Below, one piece after another: positions 10,841-23,344 of a stretch of 64,000 nucleotides of DNA; the first letter of the stretch is position 1, and each line of letters begins with the position of its first letter. This DNA is from an uncultured Verrucomicrobiae bacterium. Its GTDB lineage: Bacteria > Verrucomicrobiota > Verrucomicrobiia > Chthoniobacterales > Chthoniobacteraceae. The position numbers and the translations under genes are program-made. The stretch spans positions 224,001 to 288,000 of the forward strand of contig CAVYKI010000012.1 of assembly GCA_963769025.1 (NCBI GenBank). Reading direction: 5' to 3'. The notes below the pieces were generated by a model. The model had not been told where the DNA came from and ran no database searches. It saw only the letters and a program-made list of their open reading frames with translations.

Positions 10841-10967
10841 TCCGGCCGGGGCAGATTTCACCAAAGCGGGCGGCGCGCAGGCGGTTTTCCACTCCGCCAG
10901 ACCGTCCTCGACACACCGTTTGCGGGCGGGCTAGCGTTTCAGACTCTCCAAGCAACCAACTCAAGCC

Positions 10968-12317
10968 ATGAATCCCATCATCACCCCGAATCCCCTCACC
11001 CGTCGTTCCTTTCTCCATCGCGGCGCTGCCGGCGTCGCCGGGGCCGCGCTCGTGAAGGGCTTTCCGCACATCGTGAATGCGCAGGCGGCCAAGGCCATCA
11101 AGATCGGCATCGTCGGCACCGGCGGACGCGGCTCGGGCGCGCTCACGGACGCGATGAATGCGGACCCGAATGTCGTCCTCACTGCGATGGGCGACGTGCA
11201 CGCGGACCGGCTGGAGACGAGCTTCAAGAACATCTCCACCGCGCGGCCCGACCAGGTGAAGGTGCCGGACAACCAGAAATTCTCCGGCTGGGACGCGATT
11301 GACCGCGTGCTCGCGACGGACATCGACATCGTGCTGCTCACGACGCCTCCAGGATTTCGCCCGGCGCATCTGCACAAGGCGATCAACGCGGGCAAGCATG
11401 TCTTCTGCGAGAAGCCGCTCGGCGTGGACGCGCCGGCGATCCGCCATGCGATGGAAGCGGTGAAGAAGGCGAAGGAGAAGAACCTCGCGATCCAGACCGG
11501 CTTTTGCTGGCGCTTTAATTATGCCGAGCGCGCGACCTGGAAGAAGATGCACGAGGGATTCATCGGCGACATCCGCAGCTACTACGGCACCTACCTGACG
11601 AGCAGCCCGTGGGCGCCATTCGAGCGCCAGCCCGACTGGCCGGAGGTCGAATACCAGCTCCGCAACTGGCTCTATTACACGTGGCTCAGCGGCGACATCA
11701 TCGTCGAGCAGGCCGTGCATTCCGTGGACAAGATGAGCTGGGCATTCAAGGACGTGCCGCCGCTGAAATGCACCGCGCTCGGCGGACGCCAGCAGCGCGT
11801 CGAGCCGGAGTTCGGCAATGTGTACGACCACTTCGCCGTGATGTACGAGTATCCGAATGGCGGACGCGGTTTCATCTACGCGCGCCAGCAGGGCGGCTGC
11901 TCGAATGAGAACGCGGACTACATCACCGGCGCAAACGGCACCGGGCAGGTGAACGGTTTCAGGCCGCTGCACGTGCTCGATACGGCCGACGGCAAGCGCT
12001 GGACCTACGAGAAGAACGGCGGCGCGGACGGTGCTTCGCCCGGCGAAAAGAACCTCATGTATGTCGAGGAGCACAAGGAGCTCATCGAGAGCATCAAGGC
12101 CGGCAAGCCGGTGAACAATGGCGAGCAGCTCGCGCACAGTTCGCTGCTCGCGATCATGGGCCGCATGAGCGCCTACACGGGCAAGACGATCACGTGGGAG
12201 GAAGCCGTAGAGTCCAAGGAGACCTGGTCGGCGATCGACGTAAACAAACTCGACTGGAACTCGAAGATTCCCGTGCCCGAAGTCGCGATGCCCGGCCGCT
12301 ACAAGCTGCCGGTGTAA
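10968..12317 (+). CDS. Gfo/Idh/MocA family oxidoreductase with Tat signal
   Basis: TRRSFL twin-arginine motif; GIVGTGGRG; GKHVFCEKP; EQAVH. Confidence 0.92.
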   Translation: MNPIITPNPLTRRSFLHRGAAGVAGAALVKGFPHIVNAQAAKAIKIGIVGTGGRGSGALTDAMNADPNVVLTAMGDVHADRLETSFKNISTARPDQVKVPDNQKFSGWDAIDRVLATDIDIVLLTTPPGFRPAHLHKAINAGKHVFCEKPLGVDAPAIRHAMEAVKKAKEKNLAIQTGFCWRFNYAERATWKKMHEGFIGDIRSYYGTYLTSSPWAPFERQPDWPEVEYQLRNWLYYTWLSGDIIVEQAVHSVDKMSWAFKDVPPLKCTALGGRQQRVEPEFGNVYDHFAVMYEYPNGGRGFIYARQQGGCSNENADYITGANGTGQVNGFRPLHVLDTADGKRWTYEKNGGADGASPGEKNLMYVEEHKELIESIKAGKPVNNGEQLAHSSLLAIMGRMSAYTGKTITWEEAVESKETWSAIDVNKLDWNSKIPVPEVAMPGRYKLPV

Positions 12318-12424
12318 GGCGAAACCGCTCACTTTTCGGAATCCGGCGAGCGAAGAGCGAACCCGCGAAGGTACCCGCAACTCGATCGACTGAATCCATC
12401 CGGGCGAACCGAACGTAAGGGTGA

Positions 12425-14835
<2,411 letters not shown>

Positions 14836-14985
14836 TGAAGGCGGCGCAGGCCGGTATTCTCCACGCAGACAACGGGCGAAAGCGCGATCCGCCTGGGAAG
14901 GTCGCAGCGCGTGATTTGCGGAGTTCCGTTTGAATAAGTTGCGCTGGCTTCGGTCGAAACGCGGGTAAGCTCCCGTACATCCGCC

Positions 14986-17027
14986 ATGAAACCACATTTC
15001 GTTCTCACCATTGTTTTCGCGGCGACCTTCGCCGGCTGCGACCAGAAACAGGCCGACGTCCAGGAACTCGAACGCAAGAACGCCGAACTCCAGGCCCGCC
15101 TCGCCGAGCAGGAGCGCAGCGCGAAGGCGAAGGAGGCCGAGGAGCTTCTCGCAAAACAGGCCGCCGCCAATGATGCGGCCGCGCGAAGCCTCGCCGAGGA
15201 ACGCGCGAAGCTCGAAGCGGAGAAGGCGCAACTTTCCGACGCGCAAAGGAAGGCGTCCGCCGAGGAGATCCGGCGGAAGGAGGAGACTCTCAAGGCCAGT
15301 GAGCGCAAACTCGCGGAGGCGCGGGAGGACGCTGCGGCAAAGCAGGCGGCGGCGCTGAAAGCCGCAAAGCCAGGTGGCTTGCGCACCGCGTCGGCTGCGA
15401 CGCGCACGCTGGACTATTTTTTCGACGCCCTCGACCCGCACGGCGACTGGGTGGAGGTCGAAGGCTACGGTTACGTTTTCCAGCCGACCGCGGCGAAGAA
15501 GGCCGGCTGGTGGCCTTACACGGATGGCGTCTGGGTCCGTACGGATCAGGGTTGGGCTTGGAAATCGAATGAGGCGTTTGGGTGGGCGACGTATCACTAT
15601 GGCCGCTGGATCCGGCTCAGCCGCCGCGGCTGGGTGTGGACCCCCGGCAGCGAATGGGCCCCGGCTTGGGTGGCGTGGCGTCGCAGCGACGAATACATCG
15701 GCTGGGCGCCGCTGCCGCCGGAGGCGCACAGTCCGCAGGGTTTCAACGCCGCGGTGGATGAATACTACGACATCGGCGCAGGCAGCTACGTATTCGTGGG
15801 AGAGCGCGATTTTCTCGGTGGCAAAAGCTATCTGAACCGGCTCGTCGCACCTGCGATGAATCTGCGCATTCATCCGCATACGGTGAACATCACAAACCTC
15901 GCCTACCGTCGGGTGAATCAGGAGATGATCCTTTTCAACGAAGGGCCTGATCCGGCGTCGTTCCGCGCAGCGGGTGCGCCGCCGCCACCACCGCCACTCC
16001 GGATCCGGCGTGTGGAACAGCATGACCCGGCCGCCGCGACCGTCGCAGGCGTGCTCTCGCTCGTCGGCCCGATCCTCGATCACATCGCCCCGCAATCGAA
16101 GCCAAAATCGATCAAAGGCCGTGAGCCTCAGAATATCGATCGCGGCTGGGCTGGAATCGAAGCGGAAGCGCAGCGCCGGTTGCGCGAGCGAAATGCCGAG
16201 GAGGCCAGGAGAATCGAGGCGCAGCAACGGGCTGGCGCGCCGCCAATCCCGCCGAGAGGTGCGCCGCCGGTTCATCCGCCGTCCACGCCACCGAGCGCTC
16301 CGCCGCCTCCGCCTCAACCGCCCCAGCCAGGCGCGCGGCCCCCTGCGCCGCGAAACTCACCTCCGAACAACCCGCCCGATGAGCCGCGGAAGGCACCGCC
16401 GGCCACTCCGCCAGTCACTCCGCCAGTCACTCCGCCAGTCACTCCGCCAGTCACTCCGCCAGTCACTCCGCCAGTCACTCCGCCAGTCACTCCGCCAGTC
16501 ACTCCGCCAGTCACTCCGCCAGTCACTCCGCCGGCCACTCCGCCGGCCACTCCGCCAGTCACTCCGCCAGTCACTCCGCCAGTCACTCCGCCAGTCACTC
16601 CGCCAGTCACTCCGCCAGTCACTCCGCCAGTCACTCCGCCAGTCACTCCGCCAGTCACTCCGCCAGTCACTCCGCCGACCCGATCACTCCGCCGATCACT
16701 CCACCCGTTGCACCGCTGATCACTCCGCCCGTTGCAGCCCCCTCTCCCTCACCAGCTGCACCGCCGGTTCCCGCTCCAATTGCTCCGCGAATTGACCCGC
16801 CAGCTCCTCCGCCGATCACGCCGCCCGCGCCTCCTGCTGAGCCTCCACCGATGCGACCTCCTGGAGTCGAAACTCCACCTGCCCGTGGTCCCGGATCGGG
16901 AGCCCCGCCCCTTCCGGGTCGGCCTCCGCAGGATGCCGAGGTCCCGCCCGGAACCCCGCCAATTCCCCCCGCTGCTCCCCCCGCTGCTCCCACCGCTCCT
17001 CCTCCGAAAACACCGGGCGAACCATAA
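14986..17027 (+). CDS. Lipoprotein with coiled coil, DUF6600-like Trp-rich domain and long Pro-rich tail (frameshift near 16680)
   Basis: Lipobox FAGC; L.PHGDW..WWPYTDG.W..GWAW...FGWATYHYGRW..GWVWTPG.EWAPAWVAWR; Pro-rich tail continues in another frame to TAA at 17025-17027. Confidence 0.75.
16405..16680 (+). repeat. 12-bp coding tandem repeat encoding (TPPV)10(TPPA)2(TPPV)10-TPPT
   Basis: ACTCCGCCAGTC x10, ACTCCGCCGGCC x2, ACTCCGCCAGTC x10. Confidence 0.95.
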
Positions 17028-17082
17028 CCGCCCGCTCGCTACTTCCCATCAGGCTCATCGCCCTCGCCGGATTCGGGCCCGG

Positions 17083-19344
17083 CTATCGGCGCGGAGCGGC
17101 AGCCGTGGCATCCAGCGCCTTCCGCGCGGCACGGCGAACGTAGTCGTTTCCGTCGGACAGCAGCGGCTTGAGTTTTTCGGCGAATGGTTGTCCTTTCGCT
17201 CCGAGTCGTCCGATTCGTTCGCACGCCCATGCGCGCGCATCGGCGGACGGAAGCGCGAGCGCTTGCTCGAGCGTCGCGGCATCGCGCACATGCGCAGCCC
17301 GCAGCGCCTCCAGCGCAAAGACCCGATCCTCGCTGTTCGTGAGCATGCTGACGAGGGAGCCGAGCGCGGGAACCACCTTGTCCGGTTCCTTATCACCGAG
17401 TTGCCCGACGATTTCCGCAGCGGTGCGACGGACGGACACCTGCGAATCGTGCAGCGCCTCCATCAATGCAGGCAGCGAATCCTGCACCGCGAGGTGCACC
17501 TTTACCCCTGCACGCAACGCAGCGGATCGAATCTCCGCATCGCCATCCTTCGACGCCGCGGCAATCAATCCCGCCGAATCGGGCGACGCCGAAGCGCCGA
17601 GCGCGCTGAGAATCGCGAGCCGATCCGGCTTTCCGGCCTCCGGGTAAAGCTCCACCAGCTTCGCAGCCGTGGCAGCGTCTGCACCCGTTTTCGCGAGAGC
17701 ATCGAGCGCTGCGCTGCGGTTGGCAGGGTCGTCGAGTTTCGCCACAAGCCGTTTTATCAGCGAGGGATCGCTGCCGCCGACGGCGCCCGCTGCGCGGAGC
17801 GCGGCGGTACGGACGGATGCGTCCGGATCATCGAGCAACGGCGTGAGCGCACCCGAAAGCCCGCGCGCCGACTTTCCCATGGCACCCGCGGCTGTCGCCG
17901 CGGAGAGTCGCACCACCGCCGCGGAATCGCGCATTGCGCCTTCGATCTTTTTCAAAGTACCGCCCATGTCCGTCTCCATCGAGACGAGCGCGCTCAGCGC
18001 CGTCGCGCGGACGAACGGGTCGGAGTCGGCAGTGAGCTTGAGAACCTGCGCGCGGACTTCGCGCGCCTGCTCGCCGAGCGCGTTCAGCGTGCCGAGCGCG
18101 GCGACGCGGACAGGCGCGGCGGGAGAGTCCAGCGCCTTCGTCAGCTCCGGGATTCCCGCGCCGCCGATTCCGGCGAGCAGTTGAATCACCCAATGCTCGC
18201 GGTTCAGCGACGCGGCCGGGACCTTTTCGAGCTGCTTCAAAAGCTCCGGCACCGCAGGCCCGCCGATCTCCATGAGCGCGGAACGATATCCCTCACCCTT
18301 TTGTGCAAACGCCACCAGCTTTGGCAGCGCCGAACGCGCCGCGGGACCGAGGCGGCCGAGCGCGAGCGCCGCGCGTTCGGAAACGCCGGCCTGCGAGTCC
18401 ATCAGCAGCGCAGTGAGCGCCGGGACGACGACCTTCTCCGCGGGGCGGATCGTGAGCAGTCCGTTGAGCGCGGCCGACTGAAGTTCCGCGTCGCCGTCGC
18501 GCAAGGCTTTCACAAGCGGCGGCACGACCTGCTCCTGCGGGAGGCCGACGCGCGGCAGCGCCGTGAGCATCGCGGCGCGCACGGAGCCGTCCTTCTCGGA
18601 CTGCAACTGCGCGAGCAACGCCGGCCCTGCATCGGCAGCCGCGGCACCGATCGCCGCAAGCGCGCGCACGGAGCCGGAGCGGAGGCGCGGGTCCGGCCAG
18701 GCGATCAATTTTGAAAGCGGAGCGATGGCGTCCTTCCCGATGAGCGCGAGCGTCTCGATGACTTCGGTGCGGAGTTCCTCGTCGGCGTGGCCGAGGTTTT
18801 CGATCAAGGCAGGGATTGCATCGCCGGAGCGCGCACCCATTCCGCCGAGCGCCTTCGTGGCACCGAGCCGCATGCCGGTGTCGTTCGACTTCAGCGCGTC
18901 GATGAGCACGGGACGCGCGGCATCGCCGATGCACGCGAGCGCATGCGCCGAACGCATGAGCATCTGCGCCTTGTCCCGCGGGCGGATGTCCCGGTTCCGG
19001 CTGGAGTCGAACGTGAGCATGAGCCGAGGGATCGCCTCCGCGGCAGCAGGGCCGATGGCGGCGATGGCGCTGCACGCGTTGCCCCAGACCTGCTTGTCGG
19101 GATCGTCGAGCGCCTTGATGAGTTCCGGCAGCGCCGGCTTCGCAGCGGCGCCAAGTTTTTCAAGCAGATGACCTGCCTCGCGCCGCGTGTCGCGATCGGT
19201 GGCGCTCAGCTGCTCCGCAAGTTTTGCCGCGTCCGGCGGCGCTTCCGCCGCGGCGGAAAAGTTCACGCAGACCAGCAATGCGAAGCCCGCGGCGATGCCG
19301 CGAGAAAGCCAGCGCCCGGATGCCATGCAACTGCGCAACTGCAT
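17083..19344 (-). CDS. Exported HEAT-repeat protein
   Basis: Repeated LxxxLxDxDxxVRxxAxxALGxxG units after a signal-like N-terminus. Confidence 0.88.
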   Translation of the reverse strand: MQLRSCMASGRWLSRGIAAGFALLVCVNFSAAAEAPPDAAKLAEQLSATDRDTRREAGHLLEKLGAAAKPALPELIKALDDPDKQVWGNACSAIAAIGPAAAEAIPRLMLTFDSSRNRDIRPRDKAQMLMRSAHALACIGDAARPVLIDALKSNDTGMRLGATKALGGMGARSGDAIPALIENLGHADEELRTEVIETLALIGKDAIAPLSKLIAWPDPRLRSGSVRALAAIGAAAADAGPALLAQLQSEKDGSVRAAMLTALPRVGLPQEQVVPPLVKALRDGDAELQSAALNGLLTIRPAEKVVVPALTALLMDSQAGVSERAALALGRLGPAARSALPKLVAFAQKGEGYRSALMEIGGPAVPELLKQLEKVPAASLNREHWVIQLLAGIGGAGIPELTKALDSPAAPVRVAALGTLNALGEQAREVRAQVLKLTADSDPFVRATALSALVSMETDMGGTLKKIEGAMRDSAAVVRLSAATAAGAMGKSARGLSGALTPLLDDPDASVRTAALRAAGAVGGSDPSLIKRLVAKLDDPANRSAALDALAKTGADAATAAKLVELYPEAGKPDRLAILSALGASASPDSAGLIAAASKDGDAEIRSAALRAGVKVHLAVQDSLPALMEALHDSQVSVRRTAAEIVGQLGDKEPDKVVPALGSLVSMLTNSEDRVFALEALRAAHVRDAATLEQALALPSADARAWACERIGRLGAKGQPFAEKLKPLLSDGNDYVRRAARKALDATAAAPRR

Positions 19345-19350
19345 CGCGCG

Positions 19351-20721
19351 TCAGCCTTCCAGCCCGCGCAAAATCCCCGTGCTGTCGCCGTGCCGCGTCA
19401 CGGCGGCACCGGCCTTGTTCAGCATCGTCAGGAGCAGATTGCACATCGGTGTTTCCGAAGTGTAGCGGAGGTGGCGGCCCGTCATGATCTTCCCGCCCGC
19501 ACGGCCCGCGATGGCGAGCGGCAGGTTTTCGTGCTCGTGACGGTTGCCGTCGGCGAGCGCCGCACCGTAGAGGATCATCGAGTTGTCGAGCACGGTGCCG
19601 TCGCCCTCGGGCATGCTCTTGAGCCTGCCGAGGAGATATGCGAACTGCCGGATGTGGAAGCGGTTGATCTCGCGGATCTGGCGGAGGTTTTCGGCGTTGC
19701 CCTGGTGATGCGAAAGCTCGTGGTGCCCGCGCGTGATGCTCAGGTTGCGGTAGCTGCGGTTGCTGCCTTCATTGGCCAGCATGCAGGTCGCCACACGCGT
19801 GCTGTCGGTCTGGAAGGCGAGCGCGATCATGTCCATCATCAGGCGTGCGTGGTCCTCGTAGCTCTCAGGGATCACCTCGGGAACCTCGTACGCCTCGATG
19901 ATTCCCGAGTTCTGGATCGAGGCCACGCTGCGCTGCGCGGCTTCCACGCGCTCTTCGATTTCGCGCACGGCGGTGAGATACTCGTCGAGCTTCTGCCGAT
20001 CGCTGCCGCCGACTTTCGCGCTCAGCGTGCGCGCGTCTTCGAGGACAAAATCAAGGATGCTCTTGCGCTGCCGCTCGCGGCGTCCCGCGCCTTCCTTGGC
20101 GAGCTTCGGGTTCGACGATGCAAAGAGCCGCTCGAACACGAGCCGCGGATTCACCTCCGCGCCGCTCGGCGTCGTCTCGCTGCGCCATGAAATGTTGTTC
20201 GAATACGCGCATGCGTAGCCGCTGTCGCACTTGCCGCCCTGCCGTGCCGGCTCGATGCCCAACTCGATGCTGGGGAAGCGCGTCCGCCGCCCGATGGCGT
20301 CGGCAAGCACCTGATCGGCCGAGACGCCGACGCGGATGCGCGAGCTTTCGCTTTTCAGCGGCTGCGCGCCCGTGAGCCACGAGGCCGCCGCGCGCGCATG
20401 GTCGCCGGCGCCGTCGCCGTTCGCGCGGCCCTTGTCCTGGGTGAGTCCGGTGAGGACAAGCACGTCGTTCTTATGCGCCTGGAGCGGTTCGAGGGCGTAG
20501 GGCAGTTGGAAATCCGCGCCGGTCTTCGCCGGGGTCCAGTCCACCATGTTCACGCCGTTTGGCACGTAGAGAAATGCCGTGCGAATCGGCGCGCGGCCCG
20601 CGGTCGCTGCGGAGGCCTTGGCCAGCGCCGCACGCGGCACCATGGCCTCGAGGAAAGGCAGGGCCATGGTGATTCCGAGCCCGTGGAGGAAAGTTCTGCG
20701 GCTAAGTGGCTGTGCTGTCAT
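19351..20721 (-). CDS. DUF1552 domain protein with Tat signal
   Basis: LSRRTFL.G.G..MALPFLE, YVPNGV, GDH, SADQ, CDSGY.CAY, AFQTDSTRV, HHELSHH. Confidence 0.9.
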   Translation of the reverse strand: MTAQPLSRRTFLHGLGITMALPFLEAMVPRAALAKASAATAGRAPIRTAFLYVPNGVNMVDWTPAKTGADFQLPYALEPLQAHKNDVLVLTGLTQDKGRANGDGAGDHARAAASWLTGAQPLKSESSRIRVGVSADQVLADAIGRRTRFPSIELGIEPARQGGKCDSGYACAYSNNISWRSETTPSGAEVNPRLVFERLFASSNPKLAKEGAGRRERQRKSILDFVLEDARTLSAKVGGSDRQKLDEYLTAVREIEERVEAAQRSVASIQNSGIIEAYEVPEVIPESYEDHARLMMDMIALAFQTDSTRVATCMLANEGSNRSYRNLSITRGHHELSHHQGNAENLRQIREINRFHIRQFAYLLGRLKSMPEGDGTVLDNSMILYGAALADGNRHEHENLPLAIAGRAGGKIMTGRHLRYTSETPMCNLLLTMLNKAGAAVTRHGDSTGILRGLEG

Positions 20722-20731
20722 GTCGGGATAA

Positions 20732-21889
20732 TCAGTCTGGGATATCTGAAACATTAGAGTCCGGCTTGGGCGGCTTTGCAGGCGTTTTTTGAGGCGCAAG
20801 CGGCGGCAGTTCCCCGGGCAACTTGAGCGGCAAAACGGGCTGCGTGGCGCCGTCCGGTTTTTCAACAGGAGCAGGATCCGGATTCAGCGGCTTCACCAAG
20901 CGAGGGATCGGCGCGTCCGGCACGAGCACCGCAACGTCACTCGGAGGAGAACCGAGCTTCAGACCGCCCTCGGGCGTTCGCATTGGTGGGGAGTCCAGCG
21001 TGATCGACCGCACCGGGGCCTCGACGACCACCGCCGGCAACGGTTCATGGGCAGACTTCGGCGCGGATTCGGGCTTCACGCCATCCGGGTTTCCGGCGCG
21101 ACCGGGAGCCAGTGAAAGATGTACCGCATTCTCGGTGCCCGCCCCATTTTCGGGACGCGGAGGTCTTCCCGCGGGATCCCGGCTTTCCAGCGCATGCGGG
21201 GCGGAATCGCGCGCCTCGATGAGTCGGAGTTGCATTCCGGGGATGGCCGCCCTCGGGGTGCCCTTTAGGGCTGCGGACTCCTCCAGCCCCCGGAAGCGCG
21301 TTTCCGCCTCCTCCCATTTTCCGAGCCTGCGCTCGACCTCGCCGCAGAGCAGCGCGAGGTCGCCGAATTGCCGGTCGTCCGCGCCCATTCCGTCGAGCGC
21401 CTTCACAAAATGCTCGCGGGACTTTTCCAACAGTCGCTTGGAGAGGGCCTCGCGATCCTCGACCTGCCAGGAGGCGCGCAGGTAGCTCAGCGCGATGTGG
21501 CGGTGCGGCGCCTCGAGGAGCTGCTGCACCTGCGCGAGCGTAAAGTAGGAGGGGTTCTTCGCGGCGAGCATCTGAAAGTCCCCGCCGGTCACGAAAGATC
21601 GAAGGCGCTTGAAGGCCTTCGCCTTCGCGGGGTCGTTCGCCTGCGCGTTGAGCCGGTCGCTGAAAAGCGGGAAGCGGCACTTCGGGCACTGCGGCAGCGT
21701 CGGCGGGTCCACGACATCGCCGAGCTGGCGCAGGTCGAGTCGCAGGCCCAGTGAATGCCCGGAGGTCTCGATGCGCTGTTCCCAGCGCGTACCGCAAATC
21801 GGGCAGAGAAACGCCTGATCCAGCGAGTTCACCGCGCCTGCGACGCACGCGAGGAGCAACGCCGGGAAAAGGGTGAAGAGGAACTTCAT
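20732..21889 (-). CDS. DUF2225-like zinc-ribbon/TPR protein with Pro-rich tail
   Basis: CPICG...CPKC pair, YLRASW, L.GEVERRLGKW. Confidence 0.6.
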   Translation of the reverse strand: MKFLFTLFPALLLACVAGAVNSLDQAFLCPICGTRWEQRIETSGHSLGLRLDLRQLGDVVDPPTLPQCPKCRFPLFSDRLNAQANDPAKAKAFKRLRSFVTGGDFQMLAAKNPSYFTLAQVQQLLEAPHRHIALSYLRASWQVEDREALSKRLLEKSREHFVKALDGMGADDRQFGDLALLCGEVERRLGKWEEAETRFRGLEESAALKGTPRAAIPGMQLRLIEARDSAPHALESRDPAGRPPRPENGAGTENAVHLSLAPGRAGNPDGVKPESAPKSAHEPLPAVVVEAPVRSITLDSPPMRTPEGGLKLGSPPSDVAVLVPDAPIPRLVKPLNPDPAPVEKPDGATQPVLPLKLPGELPPLAPQKTPAKPPKPDSNVSDIPD

Positions 21890-21944
21890 CCGTCCAACAT
21901 GCCGCGCTTTCACGGCCGCGTAAAGGGGCGGCGAGCGATGCGGC

Positions 21945-23141
21945 CTACGGCTGCGGCTTGTCCGGGCTGTTCGGTTCGGACGGCTTGTCCGTGTCGGCAG
22001 GTTTGGTCGGATCGCTTGGCTTATCCGGCTCGATCGGCCTCTCCGTATCGGCAGGCTTTTTGGGATCGCTCGGCTTGTCCGTGTCGGCGAGCTTCGCGGG
22101 TTCGGTCAGCGCCGGCGGAGTCGGCTTGTCTGCGTCAGGAAGTTTTGCGGGCGCGGCAGGCGTCTCGATTACGGCAGGCTCAACGTGGCCGGTGTGCGCG
22201 TCGCCTTCGGGCTGGTCGCCGTTGTACTCGCCGGGTTCGTGGTGGTCGCCTCGGTAATTGCCGTGCTCGTCGTGGTACTCGTCGTGGTAGGCGTGATGCT
22301 CATCCTCCACCGGGGGCACGTAAGGCGGCTCCTCCTTCGGAACGATCGCCGTCTCCTCTTTTCCACGCCGTTTTTCCAACAGCCAGACGAGCCAGATGCA
22401 CGCCTCGAAGAGCACCATGATCGGCAGCGCAAATACGAAGAGCATGAAGAGGTCGGGAGTCGGCGAAATAATCCCGGCGAGCACGAGTGCGATGGCGTAG
22501 CCGTACATGCGCATCCCTTTCAGCCAGGCGTAGCTGATCAGCCCGATGCCGCTGAGGGTCAACATGACGACGGGCAGTTCGCACACGAGCCCGATGGCGA
22601 TGCTCAGGTGCGTGACGAAGCCATAGTATTCCTTCATCGTCCAACTTGGCTTGACGCCGAAACCCGCGGCATCCGAATGCAGCCAGCGCAGCGTCACGGG
22701 GAGGACGAAATGATAGCAGAGCAGGACGCCACCGATGAAAAGTGCAAAGCCGGTGGCGACCGCAGGAAGCACGTAGCGCTTCTCCTTCCGCGTGAGCGCA
22801 GGGAGGAGGAACTCCGCGAGGAAATAGAACAGGATCGGAAACGCGACGACGATGCCCGTGTAGAAGGCGAGCGTGAAGGACATCGTCACCGACTCGATCG
22901 GGCTGATGCTGATGAGCGTGCTCTCGCTCCCATGGCCGAGCGCCATCGTCAGCGGATACGCGAGCGCGGCGGCGATCTGCTTGCGGAATCCGAATGCGAA
23001 CCCCATCGCCACCGTGAGCACGACGATCATCTTCACCAGCGTCCACCGCAGGTCCTCGAGGTGATCGAGGAACGGCTTGACGATGTCGCCGTCGCCGGTC
23101 TGCTCGTCGCGCTTCTTAAAAAGTTTCTTTAGCAACCACAT
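21945..23141 (-). CDS. tatC: Twin-arginine translocase subunit TatC with extended C-terminus
   Basis: FLDHLEDLR, F..PAL..KE, ELPV, ISPTPD, LFE. Confidence 0.92.
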   Translation of the reverse strand: MWLLKKLFKKRDEQTGDGDIVKPFLDHLEDLRWTLVKMIVVLTVAMGFAFGFRKQIAAALAYPLTMALGHGSESTLISISPIESVTMSFTLAFYTGIVVAFPILFYFLAEFLLPALTRKEKRYVLPAVATGFALFIGGVLLCYHFVLPVTLRWLHSDAAGFGVKPSWTMKEYYGFVTHLSIAIGLVCELPVVMLTLSGIGLISYAWLKGMRMYGYAIALVLAGIISPTPDLFMLFVFALPIMVLFEACIWLVWLLEKRRGKEETAIVPKEEPPYVPPVEDEHHAYHDEYHDEHGNYRGDHHEPGEYNGDQPEGDAHTGHVEPAVIETPAAPAKLPDADKPTPPALTEPAKLADTDKPSDPKKPADTERPIEPDKPSDPTKPADTDKPSEPNSPDKPQP

Positions 23142-23344
23142 GGGCGGCGGAAGATGGGGAGTCGGACGGCGGGTGGGAAGCGGAATTCCACATGGAAGTG
23201 AACCGCGGCCGAGGCTGCGTCTTCGCAGAAATCACGCACGGGTGCGCTGCTTGGGAAGAAGCGGCAGCGATCCCCAAGCCGGCTCAAGGAGCAGCCAAGC
23301 GTTCACGCCGACCCGGGAGTCGGCACCACGATCCAAACAGGCTG

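Noticed and set aside
7778..10864. 1028-aa ORF appearing to fuse a long N-terminus to xylA
   Set aside because: The upstream part is the antisense shadow of the two AraC genes; xylA starts at 9076.
16405..16680. Possible CRISPR array
   Set aside because: Contiguous 12-bp units with no unique spacers, in frame within a CDS, and no cas genes.
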